A DNA stretch of 64,000 nucleotides from the NCBI GenBank assembly GCA_965153355.1, contig OZ231126.1, positions 22,444,001 through 22,508,000 of the forward strand, read 5' to 3'. The DNA comes from Flaccisagitta enflata (lineage: Eukaryota). The notes under the pieces are model-generated. The model searched no databases. It was not told the origin of the DNA and saw only the letters and a program-made list of their open reading frames with translations. Shown piece after piece: positions 14,409-28,022 of the stretch (positions within the stretch are counted from its first letter, which is position 1; every line of letters starts with the position of its first letter). The position numbers and the translations under genes are program-made.

Positions 14409-14618
14409 GTGCGTGTTTCTAGTGAAAACAAAAAACGCGTTTGTTCCTGTGGAACTTGTATACAGCATGAATACATATGAATTTCAACTGTCCCACGAGG
14501 GAGGGAGCGAAGTGAGTGAGCGAGCCCATGAATGGAGCGAGCGGTGCGAGCAAACAAACGTAGCGAGCGACCGAGTGGCCCGTTAAAAACGCGATTGTCT
14601 CTGACTAAAAACGCCCCC
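14409..14618. mobile_element. PIF/Harbinger-like MITE, copy 2
   Basis: Full-length homologue of 942-1155 with the same TIRs; TSD not preserved. Confidence 0.7.
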
Positions 14619-15640
14619 TCGATGGTCTGATCTTCGAGCATCAAACTCATAAAAACCCCTTTCACATGGAAAACGAGTAGTTTTTAGATGAAGAGAGACG
14701 CGCCTGAAGAAACCTTCTTATCATCGGTCTAACAAGGTCATAAGAACTAAGTCACGTGCATCGGCATTTTCACAAAAGGCTGGACAGACAGAGAGGCAGA
14801 CAGATTGGAATTTTCAGAATGACCCTTTTTTTTGGAGGTCAGAAATACGCAAAACAATATCTTTAAAATGATTTGTGACGAACGTACAGATGGATGAACA
14901 AACGGACAGATGGACAGACAAACAGACTGACCGACGGACCGACGGATCGAAAAGTGGCTTGTAGGGTGGCGTAGCACGCAACTAAAAAAGCATTTGATTC
15001 GTGTCTGAAAATATTTATATGCCATATGATTAGCCTGGCTAGGCCTAGAGCTTCGTATAATCAATAGAAGTAAGTGGAATGATTTATCTATTGCATTACT
15101 TTTGCTGAGTATGTGAAAACATTTTACGATGAAGTTGAATATCACTTTTCATGCTTCGGCAGTTGCCTATGCAGCTATAACAACATCTCTGTTTGTGAAT
15201 GAATGGATCAACAGCAACTGACAAATTGATATGGTTGCAAATATAGTTGCTTTTTCACGGATGCCTGGTCAAAGTCAACCAAAGTCAAAAGGCACACAAT
15301 ACAATGGCCCTAAATCACCACCTATCAAATAAAATTACCTATCTCAACTCTAGCACCCCCATGCCCCAAACCACCCCTGTCCACCCACACAATAGCCCTA
15401 AATCACCCCCTATCAAGTCAAATTACCTATCTCAACTCCAGCACCCCTAAACCACCCCTTTCCACCCATGCATCAACAATTAAATGAATATGTGACCCAA
15501 AATAAAGGTGAATGACTGAGAGAAACTTTCCAATGCAAAAATAGATCAGAAAAAGGTTGAAATAAGAAAAGAATTTTTTTACTGTGGACAAACTCTTTCT
15601 TTCAGCTCCCTCCCCTCTCTTCCCTTCCCCTCCCAAAAAA

Positions 15641-15785
15641 TAAGGCCAGATACACGGCAATCAAGTCGCAGACGGTTGTGTAGGAGCAGTAATGCGAAAA
15701 CCGCTCGCAATTTCAGAAATATTTCGGATGGACGGACAGACGGACGGACCGACACGGCAAGGTGTAAAGTCGCGTGTCCGCAACA
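15641..15785 (-). mobile_element. Short HINE copy
   Basis: Reverse complement of the 17886/22176 subfamily (GGCCAGATACACGGC...GACACGGCAAGGTGTA). Confidence 0.75.
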
Positions 15786-17523
15786 AGAAAGTAAGGCGGA
15801 ATTCACATCACGACTGATTAAGGCTCAAACAGTGACCAAGGAAATTGATCCCATAAAAATGGAAAAGGGGAAAAAAATTATCCGGTCTTTTGTTAGATGA
15901 CAGCAGATCCAAGAAGAAGGCGGAGCTCGTCAATTTGATGAAAGGTGTTGAGAATGTGTGATCACGGTTTCCATTTGTAATAAGGCGAATTTTGCGGTAA
16001 GTGAACTCATTTGAAGGCAGGTTGACAATTGTTGACACCCTTTCTAAGACTCAAAATATCTAATTATGCAAAAAGGATACTTTGTAAAAGTTATTTAGAC
16101 ATCTTTTTGCATCTCAAGGCTTATCAAAGAATGTTTTTAGAAATGAATACATAGAAATCTATTTGAGCAGCGAGATAGTCCTGTAGAACACGGGAAATCT
16201 GACTGTCACCTTTGGGGCGGGCCTCTTTGTATACTCATTTTTTATTATTTTTACATGTTATTTGATAGCAATTTTGCAATATTTCAATTCAGATTCCCCC
16301 TTGGCTCAACAGGACTTTGTCCTCTTTGGGACTCACAGCCAAATCTGAGCTGTCATGACTACCCGGAATGTCGCTCTGCCATACCCGGAAGTAGCTCTGC
16401 TATTTGCAGTTACCTCCGACAATTTTTTCAAACTTCCCACTAACCATTGGACTTTAGCAAAGCCGGTTCAATCAATTCCCGTTAATTTCGTTTCACAAAT
16501 ATTCATGAAATTATTTCAGCTGTACCGCGCTTTGTCATTTACACTTCTTCGATGCCTTTCATGCAAGAGATCTGCAGATTTCCCTATTCAGTGTTTGCTA
16601 AAAAGCTCTTTTTATGGAAAAAGATCAGAGGGCATTTAAATATAGGAAGGGTTTTTCTTTAATCTAACATTGCTACATGAAGTCAAATGATAATCATCAC
16701 TGCAATTGTAGTGCTCATTGTCTTAAAGGTCTTCATCGTCAATATTGTCATCACCAATGACGTCCAATGATTTTCCTTAATGATTTTGAATCTCCCTTGT
16801 CTGGATCGGTGTTGAGACAAACTGGATGTGTAGAAATTAAGAATTCATGTTTGTAAACCGTTTGAAGTATAGTCAGATCTTAAGAAGGGCTGATTTAGGC
16901 CATTATCAAGCTTAATAGTAAGGTCTGTAATTTGACTTTATTTTGCGAACGCTGGGGATTAGGGAGTATTAATCTCACCATCGACAGCAACTGTCATCAT
17001 GGAGAAATGTTTGTTCTTCTCGAGTTCCCGTTGGTCGCATTACAAAGGGATTAATGGAATTCAACTTAAAAAAAAAAAACAGAAGAAAAAAAATTTCGAG
17101 TCAAGCTTAACACTATTTTGCAGTTTGAGGATATTTGCTCGATCTTTAACCCAATCTTAAGAATCGGCCAAAGCAATCGCTGATGTTTTCACACTTCCCG
17201 CTTACTTCCCACTAATTACATGCACTTTCCAACAAATTCCCGCCATTATCCCACACTTCCCGCCAAATTCCCACTTTTTTTTCTAACTTCCCGGAAATCT
17301 CACCCGGAATTTGCGGTTGGCTCCCCATACATTTAGTTGCTGGAAGTGGGGTTTTTCTGGCGCTTCAGCGCCCCCCGAGTAATCTATGATGGTTGATATC
17401 ATGTTCTGGTAGCGGGGAGGCGCGATTTAATCACTTTGAAAATATCCGCTCAAAAAACAGTAAAGGCTTTTTTTCCAAAGCGTTTTCTTTCGTGCAAATC
17501 TAGAGAGCAACTAAAACGTCATA

Positions 17524-17605
<82 letters not shown>

Positions 17606-17676
17606 TGTCTGTCTCTCTGTGTCTGTTTGTCTGTGTCTGTCTCTCTGAATCTGTCTGTCTGCGTCTGTCTGTGTGT

Positions 17677-17754
<78 letters not shown>

Positions 17755-17885
17755 TACGAGTCGATGCCTACGAGACAAGGACTAGTTCTTTCATCTGTTT
17801 CACTACTCCAAACGACTTCACTTATCCACGAATTGCAATGAAGAAATAACATGTGACCAACCCACCGGCACTGAGAATCGATGAT

Positions 17886-18036
17886 TTTTAAGTCACGGAC
17901 ACGAGACTCTACACCTTGCCGTGTCGGTCGGTAGGTCGGTCGGTCCGTCCGTCACATTTTTGAATTCCGAGCGGTTTTCGCATTACTGCTCCTGCCCAAC
18001 TGTCCGCGACTGGATTGCTGTGTATCCGGCCTTGTT
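17886..18036 (+). mobile_element. Short HINE copy
   Basis: CTACACCTTGCCGTGTCGGTCGG...GTGTATCCGGCCTTGTT; near-identical to 22176-22314. Confidence 0.75.
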
Positions 18037-19218
18037 GGTCGTGCAAATTAAGCCCAGACTACTTTTGGTACTTATCAATTCTATAATAAAAGTTTTCTGT
18101 TTTTTACGACTCTGGTTCACTGGGGGCAATAGAGTCAAATTAGTAGTGACTTATTCAGGGGAATTCAGAACAAGAAAATTCTAGGTTTCCCCTTTACGAT
18201 AAACTGTTTCAACTTGCATCCCAGCCTCAAAGTTTTATAATTAAAATATTAAATACATTAACAAAAAATAGGCTTGGTTAACAAGTAACGTGGAGTTACA
18301 GTATCTTCACGGATGGTTGGGCAGGGGCGTCCAAACCCCATGCCCCAACCCCTCACACAGAGACCAAAAAAGCATCTAATACGCTCGTTTTCTCACTTTT
18401 CAATTGTTGACACGGACCGATGGACGAACCGATGGACGGACCGACAGACAAAGCCTCATATAGTCGCTAGTTTGTGACTAAAAACTGATCAGTTATCACG
18501 TTGACTATCTTTGACTGAGCAGCTGCTATAGTATCTGTTTCAATAGCTATCTGCATATTTTCCAATCATCGTTTTTAGATTTGTCCTTTCATCTCTAAAA
18601 GTTTCTGTAATAGGTCGATTGGATGATCAGTTGGTCAGTCGGTAATGCATTCATAAACAAGGCCCGATACACGGCTACCCCAGTCGCGTGCGGGTGGGCA
18701 GGAGCAGTGCTGGAGAAGGACATTAGAGAATTTGGGCAGGAGCAGTAGGCTCAAAAAGCTCAAAAACGCCGAAAAAGTAAAAAGGGGACCGACCAACCGA
18801 CCGACCGACTTAGCGGGTTCTAGTTATTTGTGTTTTAGTTGCGTGGTACGTGACTACACCCCACTTTGTCCGGCCGGCCGTCGGTCAGTTGGTTGTTTGG
18901 TGGGTCGGTCCCATTTTACTTTTTTATGATTTTCATTTTTTGACCTCACTGCTCCTGCCCCAATGGTCAAGTGACCTCAAATATGACCACTGCCCGCTAG
19001 ATAGCCATGTATATGACTTTGTTTCAACAGAAAAATGGCACCAACCTAGTAAAAGTAGCATTTGTAAAACAATTTATTCATTTAAATCATTCATTGATTC
19101 ATAAAAAAAACATTTTGTAAAAACATTCATTTATAAAAACATTCATTCATAAAAACATTTATTCATTAACATTAACATTCATTCATTAAATCATTTATTC
19201 ATTCATAAAAACATTCAA

Positions 19219-19834
19219 CACTGTCCTCTCAGCGAGAATCCAGGTGAAAAGTCATAGTACTGTAGGTTTTTTTGCAGTTTGTCATAGTTTGAGGGTTACT
19301 TTTACTAAAACAAACAGTTATGAAATCTTGTCAAGGGCGCTTTTTGAGAAATATGAAAAAAAGATTAATTTAAACCTCATTTTAAATGAAGAATTTTTCA
19401 ACTCATCCAGACCTCTTTTTTGATGCTAAATCTGTAATCCTGATGTTATTTCCTTTCATTTGATAGGTCGCACTATATGTTTTTATGAAGAAATAAGAAT
19501 TTCAATTTCTAAGCCACCGTTAGAATTTTGCAACGGTGGCTAAAAAACTGAAAATCGTAATTTTTGAAGAAAGCATATAGTGCGACATATCAAATGAAAG
19601 GAAATGTTATCAGGATTACGAATTTGCTAAAAAAAGAGAGGTTTTGATTAGTTAAAAAAATCTATGTTTAATATAGGGTTGAAATTTTTCTTTTTTTCAA
19701 ATTTCTCAAAAAGCGCCCTTGACAAGATTTTATGAGTGATAGTTTCAGTTTAATCAACCCTAAAACTAAGAGAAACTGCAATAAAACCCACAGTACTATG
19801 ACTTTTGACCTGGACTCTCGTTGAGAGGAGAGTG
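19219..19834. mobile_element. Foldback MITE with CAC...GTG ends and 4-bp TSD (CMC/Chapaev-like)
   Basis: Whole element is an imperfect ~300-bp-arm palindrome centred near 19525; TSD TCAA; inserted in an AAAACATTCATTC-type low-complexity array. Confidence 0.7.
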
Positions 19835-20680
19835 TCAATCGTAAAAAAAACATTCATTCATTCATTAAAAAACATTCATTCTTAAAAAAATATTAATTCC
19901 CTTGTTCCCCCTAACATTGACTTCAATACCTTCTACATTGGCTAGAATGACATCCAAAATTGATTGAAAAAGTTTTTAATCAAGATCATTGATTTAGACG
20001 CATTCAAACTGAGGCATTTAAGTTTCTTGCAAAACGAGAATTCGAGAAGTGAAGTATGTCCTGAACAATCAAATGATTGTAGAGAGGCGGTTGGAAAATT
20101 GTTCGTCTTCGAAAATTGTTGATCAAAATGAGTTCGTGATTGAGGCCAAATCGGTGCAGACAATGATATGACGGGAGTTTCAGTTTTAGTGGGTGCAGCT
20201 GAAAGTAGAGATGAAACCGTTGGTGATTACACAAACTGCTGCAAAATGTTAAGGTTATCTGCTGGTCTGTCTACATTCATCTATTGGTCTACCTGTCCAT
20301 CAATTGACATATACCTAACTGTCAATGACATAAAAGACCTTTATTGTACTAGTACAAAGCGACGATATGGATTCAAACAAGAGTAAAATCCCTTCCCCCT
20401 CTTATCTGCCTACTTACCTAACTGCCTGTTTTCCTTCTTCCCATTCATAGATCTACCTGTCAGCCTGTCGAGCAGGTGCCTGTCTGTCTTTTAGCTGCTC
20501 ATCTTTTAGGGTGTATTGCAGTATTTCAGCTCAATTGTTCTTTTCTGATTCGAAATGGGATAAATGAGTTAGATACAAGTTTGAACATGCAAATACAAGA
20601 AAGTAAGTGAGAACAGCTGCTCATCTGTGAGGGTGTTTCTGAGTATTCTAGCTCATTTAAATCAGTTTTTTTTTATTTCA

Positions 20681-21096
20681 AATAAAATCATTCACTGAGC
20701 GCTTTTTGAGTAATCTTAAAAATGGAAAAAAATTGGGCCCATTTTCAATGAAGAGTCTACTGAGTTGTATTGACCTATTTTTTGACTCCATATTGTTAAT
20801 CTATGCAAAATTCCCTTTCATTTGATAGGTCGCACTCTATACTTTTGCAAAGAATTGAAATTTTCATTTTTTGAGTCACTGTTAGAAAAAAGTAACGGTG
20901 GCTCAAAAAATGAAAACTTTACTCTAAAACTAAACCATATAGTGTGACCTATCAAATGAAAGGGAATTTTGCATAGATTAACAATATGAAGTAAAAAAAT
21001 ATGTCAATACAACTCAGTAGAATCTTCATTGAAAATGGGTCCAATTTCTTTCCATTTTGAAGATTACTCAAAAAGCGCTCGGTGGATGATTTTATT
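20681..21096. mobile_element. Foldback palindrome related to 19219-19834
   Basis: ~200-bp arms; shares the core CCTTTCATTTGATAGGTCGCACT and a similar centre (...GTTAGAA...AACGGTGGC). Confidence 0.7.
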
Positions 21097-22175
21097 TTGG
21101 CTAGTTCCATGTTATCACACCCCAACACTTCACAAAAATGCAGAGAAACCCACTGTTATTAGGGAAGGAAGAAGCCTCAGATCGAGGAGAAAGTGGCTGG
21201 AATAAAAGTTGTCAGGATTTTTTTCATCGCATTTCAGCAGTCAGAATGGATTAAAATGATCGAATTTCATTCTATTATCAATCAGAATGACTAAATAATG
21301 CATAATAGCTTTATCCTGAGCCTTTTTTTGCGATTCAATATACGTGAAATAATCGAGATTGCAGAAGTGACTTTAAAACCATCTCCTGAGTCTAAATAGA
21401 GGCCCATTCGCGAATATACGCAGAACCATCGTGTCAATTAGTCAGTGCTGAGTTCAAATTTGTTTTCAGAAATTATTTTCTATGTGGCTAAGGATGGCTA
21501 GAGCTAAAACAGTCAGCTAGTATCTAGAGCAGAAAGAACTAAAAATAACACGATGGAATCGACACGTAGATTAGACGCAAACGAACTGTGCGTTGCGTAT
21601 CTATGGAAACTTGCTTTTTAGTCGCGGACTCCATAAGCCACTTTTCGGTCTGTCGGTCTGTCTGTCGGTCGGTTGGTTGGTCGGTCACAAAGTTGTTTTA
21701 AAGGCTTTTTATCAAGTTATTCATGTTTTTGAGTAGTGGAGAAAAAGCTTGGAGTAATAAATAGTTATTTTAACTGTCTTTTTGAGAAAAAAAATGTTTG
21801 TCTGTCTGTCTACCTGACTTTTTTTAAAAGTGCGGATGCACGCGACTTAGGTCTAATGACCTTGTTTCTCTAAAATGGAAGAAGTTTATACCTGCCAGGA
21901 TCTTTCTAATTTTCACATCGCAAACAAGGTCAAACTAGATGCCATCAAAACGCAAATTCATCACCGCAAAAAAGTCTTGGGACAGAAATTTCCAACAAGC
22001 TGTGGGTTTTTTCTCAAAACAATGTCGCATTTTCGTTGGATGAAATGATTGCCAAGCTAAAGTTCGTCATTTCCTTGGGTTAATTTTCAGTCGCGTACAC
22101 GTGGCTACACATGGCTGTGTCGGTCGGTAGGTTGGTTGGTTGGTACGTTACAAGTAGTTTTGAATTGCACGCAAT

Positions 22176-22314
22176 TTTTTAGTCGCGGACACGCGACTCT
22201 ACACCTTGCCGTGTCGGTCGGTCCGTCGGTAACATTTTTGAATTGCGAGCGGTTTTCGCATTACGGCTCCTGCCCAACCGTCCGCGACTGGATTGCCGTG
22301 TATCCGGCCTTGTT
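22176..22314 (+). mobile_element. Short HINE copy
   Basis: TTTTTAGTCGCGGACACGCGACT...GCCGTGTATCCGGCCTTGTT. Confidence 0.8.
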
Positions 22315-22882
22315 CATTACGGTCTTTGCCCAACCGTTCGCGGCCGTGACTGTCTTGCCATTTATCCGGTCTTGTTTTTGTAAACATGTCGTATGTTAGA
22401 TTTTTTTCATCGCATTTTGATGATTTCAATGCATAGATAGCATCAGAGAAAAACTATCGTAAATTCTTGGAAACGACAATAACAAAGAAGTGGTACCCAG
22501 TTACAAGGCTCAAATTTCATCAGTCATTAAAATTTTTGCTTCCCCAGCCTTGAGAAAAGTATAAATATTTGCGCAAATTAATGCCGAGATATTTTCTACA
22601 TTCCTGTTCCAAAATACAAAATAGAAGAGAAAAGGATCTGCCCTCAGAAATGAGGTTAAATTCAGCTAAAAACGTACGACTGAAAAAGCGAGATGGTATT
22701 CTTCTAATTTTACTTGTTCGGTGAAACATAATGAAATGTGTTTCACTGGGTTATATATTTTTCAACCTGTGATTTTGAATTAGATGATTTTTCCATCATT
22801 TAATCCTCTCATTATTGAAGTCATTTCCTGAATTTTACAAGCTTGCATCCTAGATATAAACAAGGCCGGATATACGGCAGGA

Positions 22883-23397
22883 TTGGGTGCTTCGCATAGC
22901 AAAAGTTGGTTATTTCTTTTTGCCCTCTTTACCTAATGTGGAGTGACCAATTTTAGGACCCTTACCATTTTCGTTTTATCAAAAATCGTTCATCTTCTGT
23001 TTTTTAGAAAATTGCTTTTGAGGACCTAATTTGCATAATGCAGTGGGATAAAACAATATGCTGACATTGTTTGAATCAGCTTTCATAATTTTCTACTCTT
23101 CACAGAATTGCAATTCTGCCTTTTCATTTGCTCTTTCATAACTTATGTTCTGATATTTTTGTTTATTTTTTCATACATCATGATTTTTTAAAACAAATAA
23201 TTGTCCTTTTTGTAACAAAACTACACAGGATTTTGCTGAATTCTTGGAAATCAGTGGAAACTTTAAGGCCAAAACAAAAACGGAAGATGAAGGAATTTTG
23301 AAAAAAGGAAAATGGTCATCTTCATGATTTTTGCTCCTCCACATTACCTAAGTAGGGTGAAAGGATACTCCCAACTTTTGCTATGTGAAGCACCCAA
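22883..23397. mobile_element. MITE with 9-bp TSD (Mutator-like), inserted into a HINE
   Basis: TIR TTGGGTGCTTCGCATAGCAAAAGTTGG; TSD ACGGCAGGA at 22874-22882 and 23398-23406. Confidence 0.85.
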
Positions 23398-24703
23398 ACG
23401 GCAGGACAGTCGCGGACGGTTTGGCAGGGGCGGTAATGCAAAAAACCGCTCGCAATTTAAAAAGGTTACGGGACCGACGGACCGACGGACCGACCCACCT
23501 ACCGACCGACATGCGGTTGATTCTTAGCTTTTAAACCGATGTCAACTTTTGATTGAAAAATGATCTATCAATCTGGCATAAAACTCCACCAATACTCAAA
23601 TCTTATTACTCCTGGTCGGTCTAGGTGGTGCCAGCGTCATAACCAGTATCTAAATCAATCATCTGGTAGGTTTTTAGCTCATATCTACTCATAATAACTC
23701 ATTGCAAGACACGGTATAGCTCCATTTTCTTGGAGAAAAAAAAGTGCCAGAAACTGAAAGGCAGATACTGCTCACTTATACTATTGCAGGCGACATAAAA
23801 TGAGTCAAAAGTGTCATTGGTGGCTGTAAATAGTGTGACCCATGTAAATACGAGCCGATCCATGTGCGGGAGACCATTTTTTGACATTTTAGCTGTTTTC
23901 GTATTACTAGCCTACTGTTATATGATTTTTCACTCAGATTTTCATTAAAAGCACAGTGCAGGGGAATGATATTTGAAACATAGACTAATAAAAGGATGCT
24001 TTATTGCCCACGATAGCTGGGTGCTATTAAAACAAATTTCCATATGTTTTTGGCTAAACTCGGGGGGCGAAATAAAGTATCTAAGTTACGTGTTTTTAGT
24101 TGCGGACACACAACTCTACAAGAGGCTTTTTCCCTCCGTCCCTCCCTCCATTTGTCTGTCCGTCCTTCGGTCTGTCCGTCCATTGATCGATCGTTCTGTG
24201 ATGATCAAGTTGAAAAGTGAATGTTTGTGTGCAGGCTCTAGGTTGAGGAATTGGTGGGGGTCGGGTGCCCCTGCCCACCCGTTTGCAGGGATATTGTGAC
24301 CGCGCGTCCCTTGATTGAATATCATATCATTTCATTTAGCTAATACAGCTAAAATGATAAAAAATTGACATCTTTGATAAAAAAGTGTTTTTTCAAAAAA
24401 ATTTGGTTGTTGTCAGTGACGATTGCATACTTTAGGCACATACCTAACTGGTCAGCTAAGTATTGACTTACATATAATTTTCTGCTTGGATATATGAAAA
24501 GACAAAAAATATCTTTTGGGCCAGTAAGATCATAGCAACTTTTACGCATGTCAAAAGATATTACGATTTAATGAATTTAAAACTTTTTTATTTTGCTTGG
24601 TGAATCTCTTACCTTTCTGTGAACTGTAATCAGGGCTTTTAAACCTAATGATTATAAAAATCATTTGTATAAAAAAGATCAATCATTTAATAAACCAACA
24701 TAA

Positions 24704-25281
24704 CACCTCTCACAAAATTAGGCGAACTGGGATCAGAACTTGTCCAAAATTGTGTTTTAAAGTCCAAAACAGGAGTCCAGGTTAATGATAATTTAAAAAA
24801 CTATTATTCCCATGAGGATTCTACAAAAAAAAACTTCAAATCATGTCAACCAATAGCTGTAAAAAACTTCATCAATTGATATCATGCAAATTTTAGGTTT
24901 AGTTTAGCTTCAAATTTGTTGCTAAAAACCATTTTTTCAGCTGTGACTGACTGTATCTTGGTACTGTTGACTATTTTTTGTCTGTTTGTGATACAAGAAC
25001 CTGAGAATTGATGTTTTCTTGCCTTTTTCATGATAAATTTTAAGGAGGTTTATGTTCGTCTAATCATCACAAATTTCCTCGTCAAAATCAGTCAAAATCT
25101 TTCACTGGATTTTTGGCATAACACTTTCTGAGAGCTACGCACTTTCCCGGGTACGCAATATTGCCCCGGTTTTCGAAAATACTATATTTTAGCTCCATCT
25201 GTGTCAAATTTCAACTCACTGAATGCATTATTTCTATCAATTTTGATAATTTTGCCAGTTCGTTTAATTATGTGAGAGGTG
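24704..25281. mobile_element. piggyBac-like non-autonomous element
   Basis: TIR CACCTCTCACAAAATTAGGCGAACTGG / CCAGTTCGTTTAATTATGTGAGAGGTG, flanked by ATAA and TTAA. Confidence 0.6.
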
Positions 25282-26424
25282 TTAATTGATAATATTTTGA
25301 TAATAGAAAAACAAGGCCAACCCCTTACAGTCGCGTGCAGTTGTTAAGACCAAAAGACCAAAAGACTAAAAGACTAAAAGATTAAAAGACCAAAAGACGA
25401 AAAATGATGCAATCGACAAAAAACGGCAAAAAAAAACAAAGTATTACCGACCGACCAACTGACCGGCAGACGGACAGACGGACAGAGTGGGTCATAGAGT
25501 CGCGTGCACGCGACTAAAAACATATTGAAAAAAAGCAAAATCAATACATAGATTTAAAAAAAGTGGCAGAGCAAATTCACTCATGATTTGTCATTTGTGT
25601 CTTATGGCAAAATTTTAAAGTGCTATACGACTTTTTAAGCCACTTTTCAGTTCGTCGGTCCATCGCTACTGCTGTCACACACACACACGTTTTCATGTTT
25701 TTGGTAACAATGAGAAAATGTATCCATTGCGTTCGCGCTTCGCATGTGTTTAGTCGTGCTACTCTTTCATTTGAGACTAATCTGGCATCTGTAGCTCAAA
25801 CCGTTTAGACAGGAGAATGATTTGAAGAAAAACTTCCAGGTTACTGGTAAAAATTCTGTGAAATGGGAAGGTTTGACCAGAGTATAATTCATTCCTTTGC
25901 CAACCAAGATTATTCTTATGAAAAACGGCACATTCTAACACCTAGTAGAACTAATTAGGAGGCTATACCTCAAATTTCGTATTACTGGGCCATCAAGAAG
26001 TGTGGTTTTTGTGCTTTTATGTTTTTACCAAATTTTTTGCACATCCTGTTAAAAAAAACTGGATTGACTTTTTGTTACATTGCAATTTGAAAAGAGGTCA
26101 AGAGTCGATCCACAGGGGTCACCAAGTTTTCCGGAGCACAAATTTTAGTCTACAAGCAAAAGTCAGGAGACGGTTTATTCATTTTTTTTTGCGTATTTTC
26201 ACCTATTTGACATGACATCCAGACACCCAAACTTGATTCATGGCATCGTGGGTACGTAAAGAGAATTTTACCTGGACCACACGTTTTCGACCACACTTTT
26301 TTGTACTTACTCATTGGCCAGTTGACGTGCCTTTTAGTGTAAGTGTGGGTGTGTTTTTGTGCAGCCGTATCTGTTTGTCTGTCCTAATGCCCGAACGTCT
26401 GGCAAGACTGAACTCTACACAAAC

Positions 26425-26622
26425 CTTCAAAGCGATAGCTGCCGCGTGTTTGACGTCTCTTCCAGCCATTTCCTTTTCCAAAAAAGCAACTTTGCCTTGA
26501 CTCATATGCAGCTCGTTGATCTGCAGCAGCAGAGCAGAGATTTGGGCGTCTTTTGCCGTCAAATCGGCCTCGCTGTCGCTCTCGAAACTTACCAAGCTTG
26601 ATTCGCTCGCAACGCTCAGGCC
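26425..26622 (-). pseudogene. IF exon: coil 2 (66 codons, phase 0-0)
   Basis: Polypyrimidine tract...ccttag|GGCCTG...TTGAAG|gtttgt. It splices in frame to the 27577 exon and has a heptad pattern similar to lamin IDSLSAQLSQLQ...LRDLEDSLARERD. Confidence 0.75.
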
Positions 26623-26649
26623 CTAAGGAGTGCAGAGGAAGGGGGGTAT

Positions 26650-27163
26650 TTGGGTGCTTCACATAGCAAAAGTTGGTTACATCTTTTCACCTTTTTTACC
26701 TAATACGGAGTTACTAATTTTAGGACCCTTATCATTTTTTTTTATCATAAATCGTTCATCTTCCGTTTGTTAGAAAATTGTTTTTTAAGACCTAGTTTGC
26801 ATAATGGGTGACATAAAAAAATATATTGATATTCTTTGAATTAGCTTTTACAAATTTCTACTCTTCATTGAATTGTTAATCTGCCTTTTCAATAGATCTT
26901 CTATAGCTTATGTTCTGAGATTTCAGTTATTTTTTACAAAGATCATGATTTTCTCAACCAAAAAATTGTCCTTTTTGTAACAAAACTACATAGGATTTTG
27001 CTGAATTCTGGGAAATCTGTGGAAACTTTAAAGGCCAAAACAAAATCGGAAGATAAAGGAATTATGAAAAAATAAAAATGGTCATCTTTATGATATTTGC
27101 TCCTCTACATTATCAAAGTAGGGTGAAGGGATACTCCAAACTTTTGCTGTAGGAAGCACCTAA
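26650..27163. mobile_element. Second copy of the 9-bp-TSD MITE, in an IF intron
   Basis: Same TIR and internal sequence; TSD GGGGGGTAT at 26641-26649 and 27164-27172. Confidence 0.85.
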
Positions 27164-27462
27164 GGGGGGTATATTGGTTTTGACAGGACAAATTGTTGTT
27201 GCTGTTATTTTTGTTGATGTTGTTGTTGTTGTCATTGTTGTCGTTGTTGTTGTTGTTGTTGTTGTTGTTATTGCTTTCGTTATTGCTTTTGTTGTTGTTG
27301 TTGTTGTTGTTGTTGTTTTTTTTTTGTGGTTTCGGTTGTAGACATTGCTTTTGTTTTTGTTTTTTTTATATTATTGTTGTTTTTTTGTTGTTTTTTTTTT
27401 TTGGTTGCTTTTGGTATTTTTTTTTCTTATTGTTGTTGTCGTTGTCATTGGCATTGTCGTCG

Positions 27463-27494
<32 letters not shown>

Positions 27495-27531
27495 GCTGTT
27501 GTTGTTGTTGTTGTTGTGGTTGTTGTTGTGG

Positions 27532-27563
<32 letters not shown>

Positions 27564-27576
27564 AAGAAGCTGTTAC

Positions 27577-27741
27577 CTGCAACTGAGCCTTGTACATGGC
27601 CTGGAGTTCGGCCTTAAGGGCTGCCGCGCGGGCGTTGTAATGTTCACGAAGGCCCTTCAGAGATTCTTGAAGCTTGAGTTTGGTGTTGACGGAGGCTATC
27701 GAGGAAAGCAACGTTGACAAGGAGAGGGTGGAAGAGTCAAC
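27577..27741 (-). pseudogene. IF exon: linker L12/coil 2 start (55 codons, phase 0-0)
   Basis: ctacag|GTTGAC...TTGCAG|gtaac. Translation VDSSTLSLSTLLSSIASVNTKLKLQESLKGLREHYNARAAALKAELQAMYKAQLQ resembles lamin A [32 protein letters not shown]. Confidence 0.8.
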
Positions 27742-28022
27742 CTGTAGTTCATGGGTAGCAGTAAACGCAGTGTATACAAGGCTATATAATCAAATGAAAA
27801 TCTCAAGGTAGGCCTGTAATCCAAATTAAACCAAACTTCAAACGCCGACTACCGGATTCTTCCACCGCTGCCGCTTTCGCCGCCAATGCCGCGTTCAAGC
27901 GCTCCGTCAGCGAAGCCAATTCCGCTTCCGCCGCGGCCAAGTGCTTCGTCAAGGCGGCATTGTTCGCCTCGACCCGCGTGATCTTAACGGCGATGGCTTC
28001 CGCCTCGGCACGCCATTTCTTG

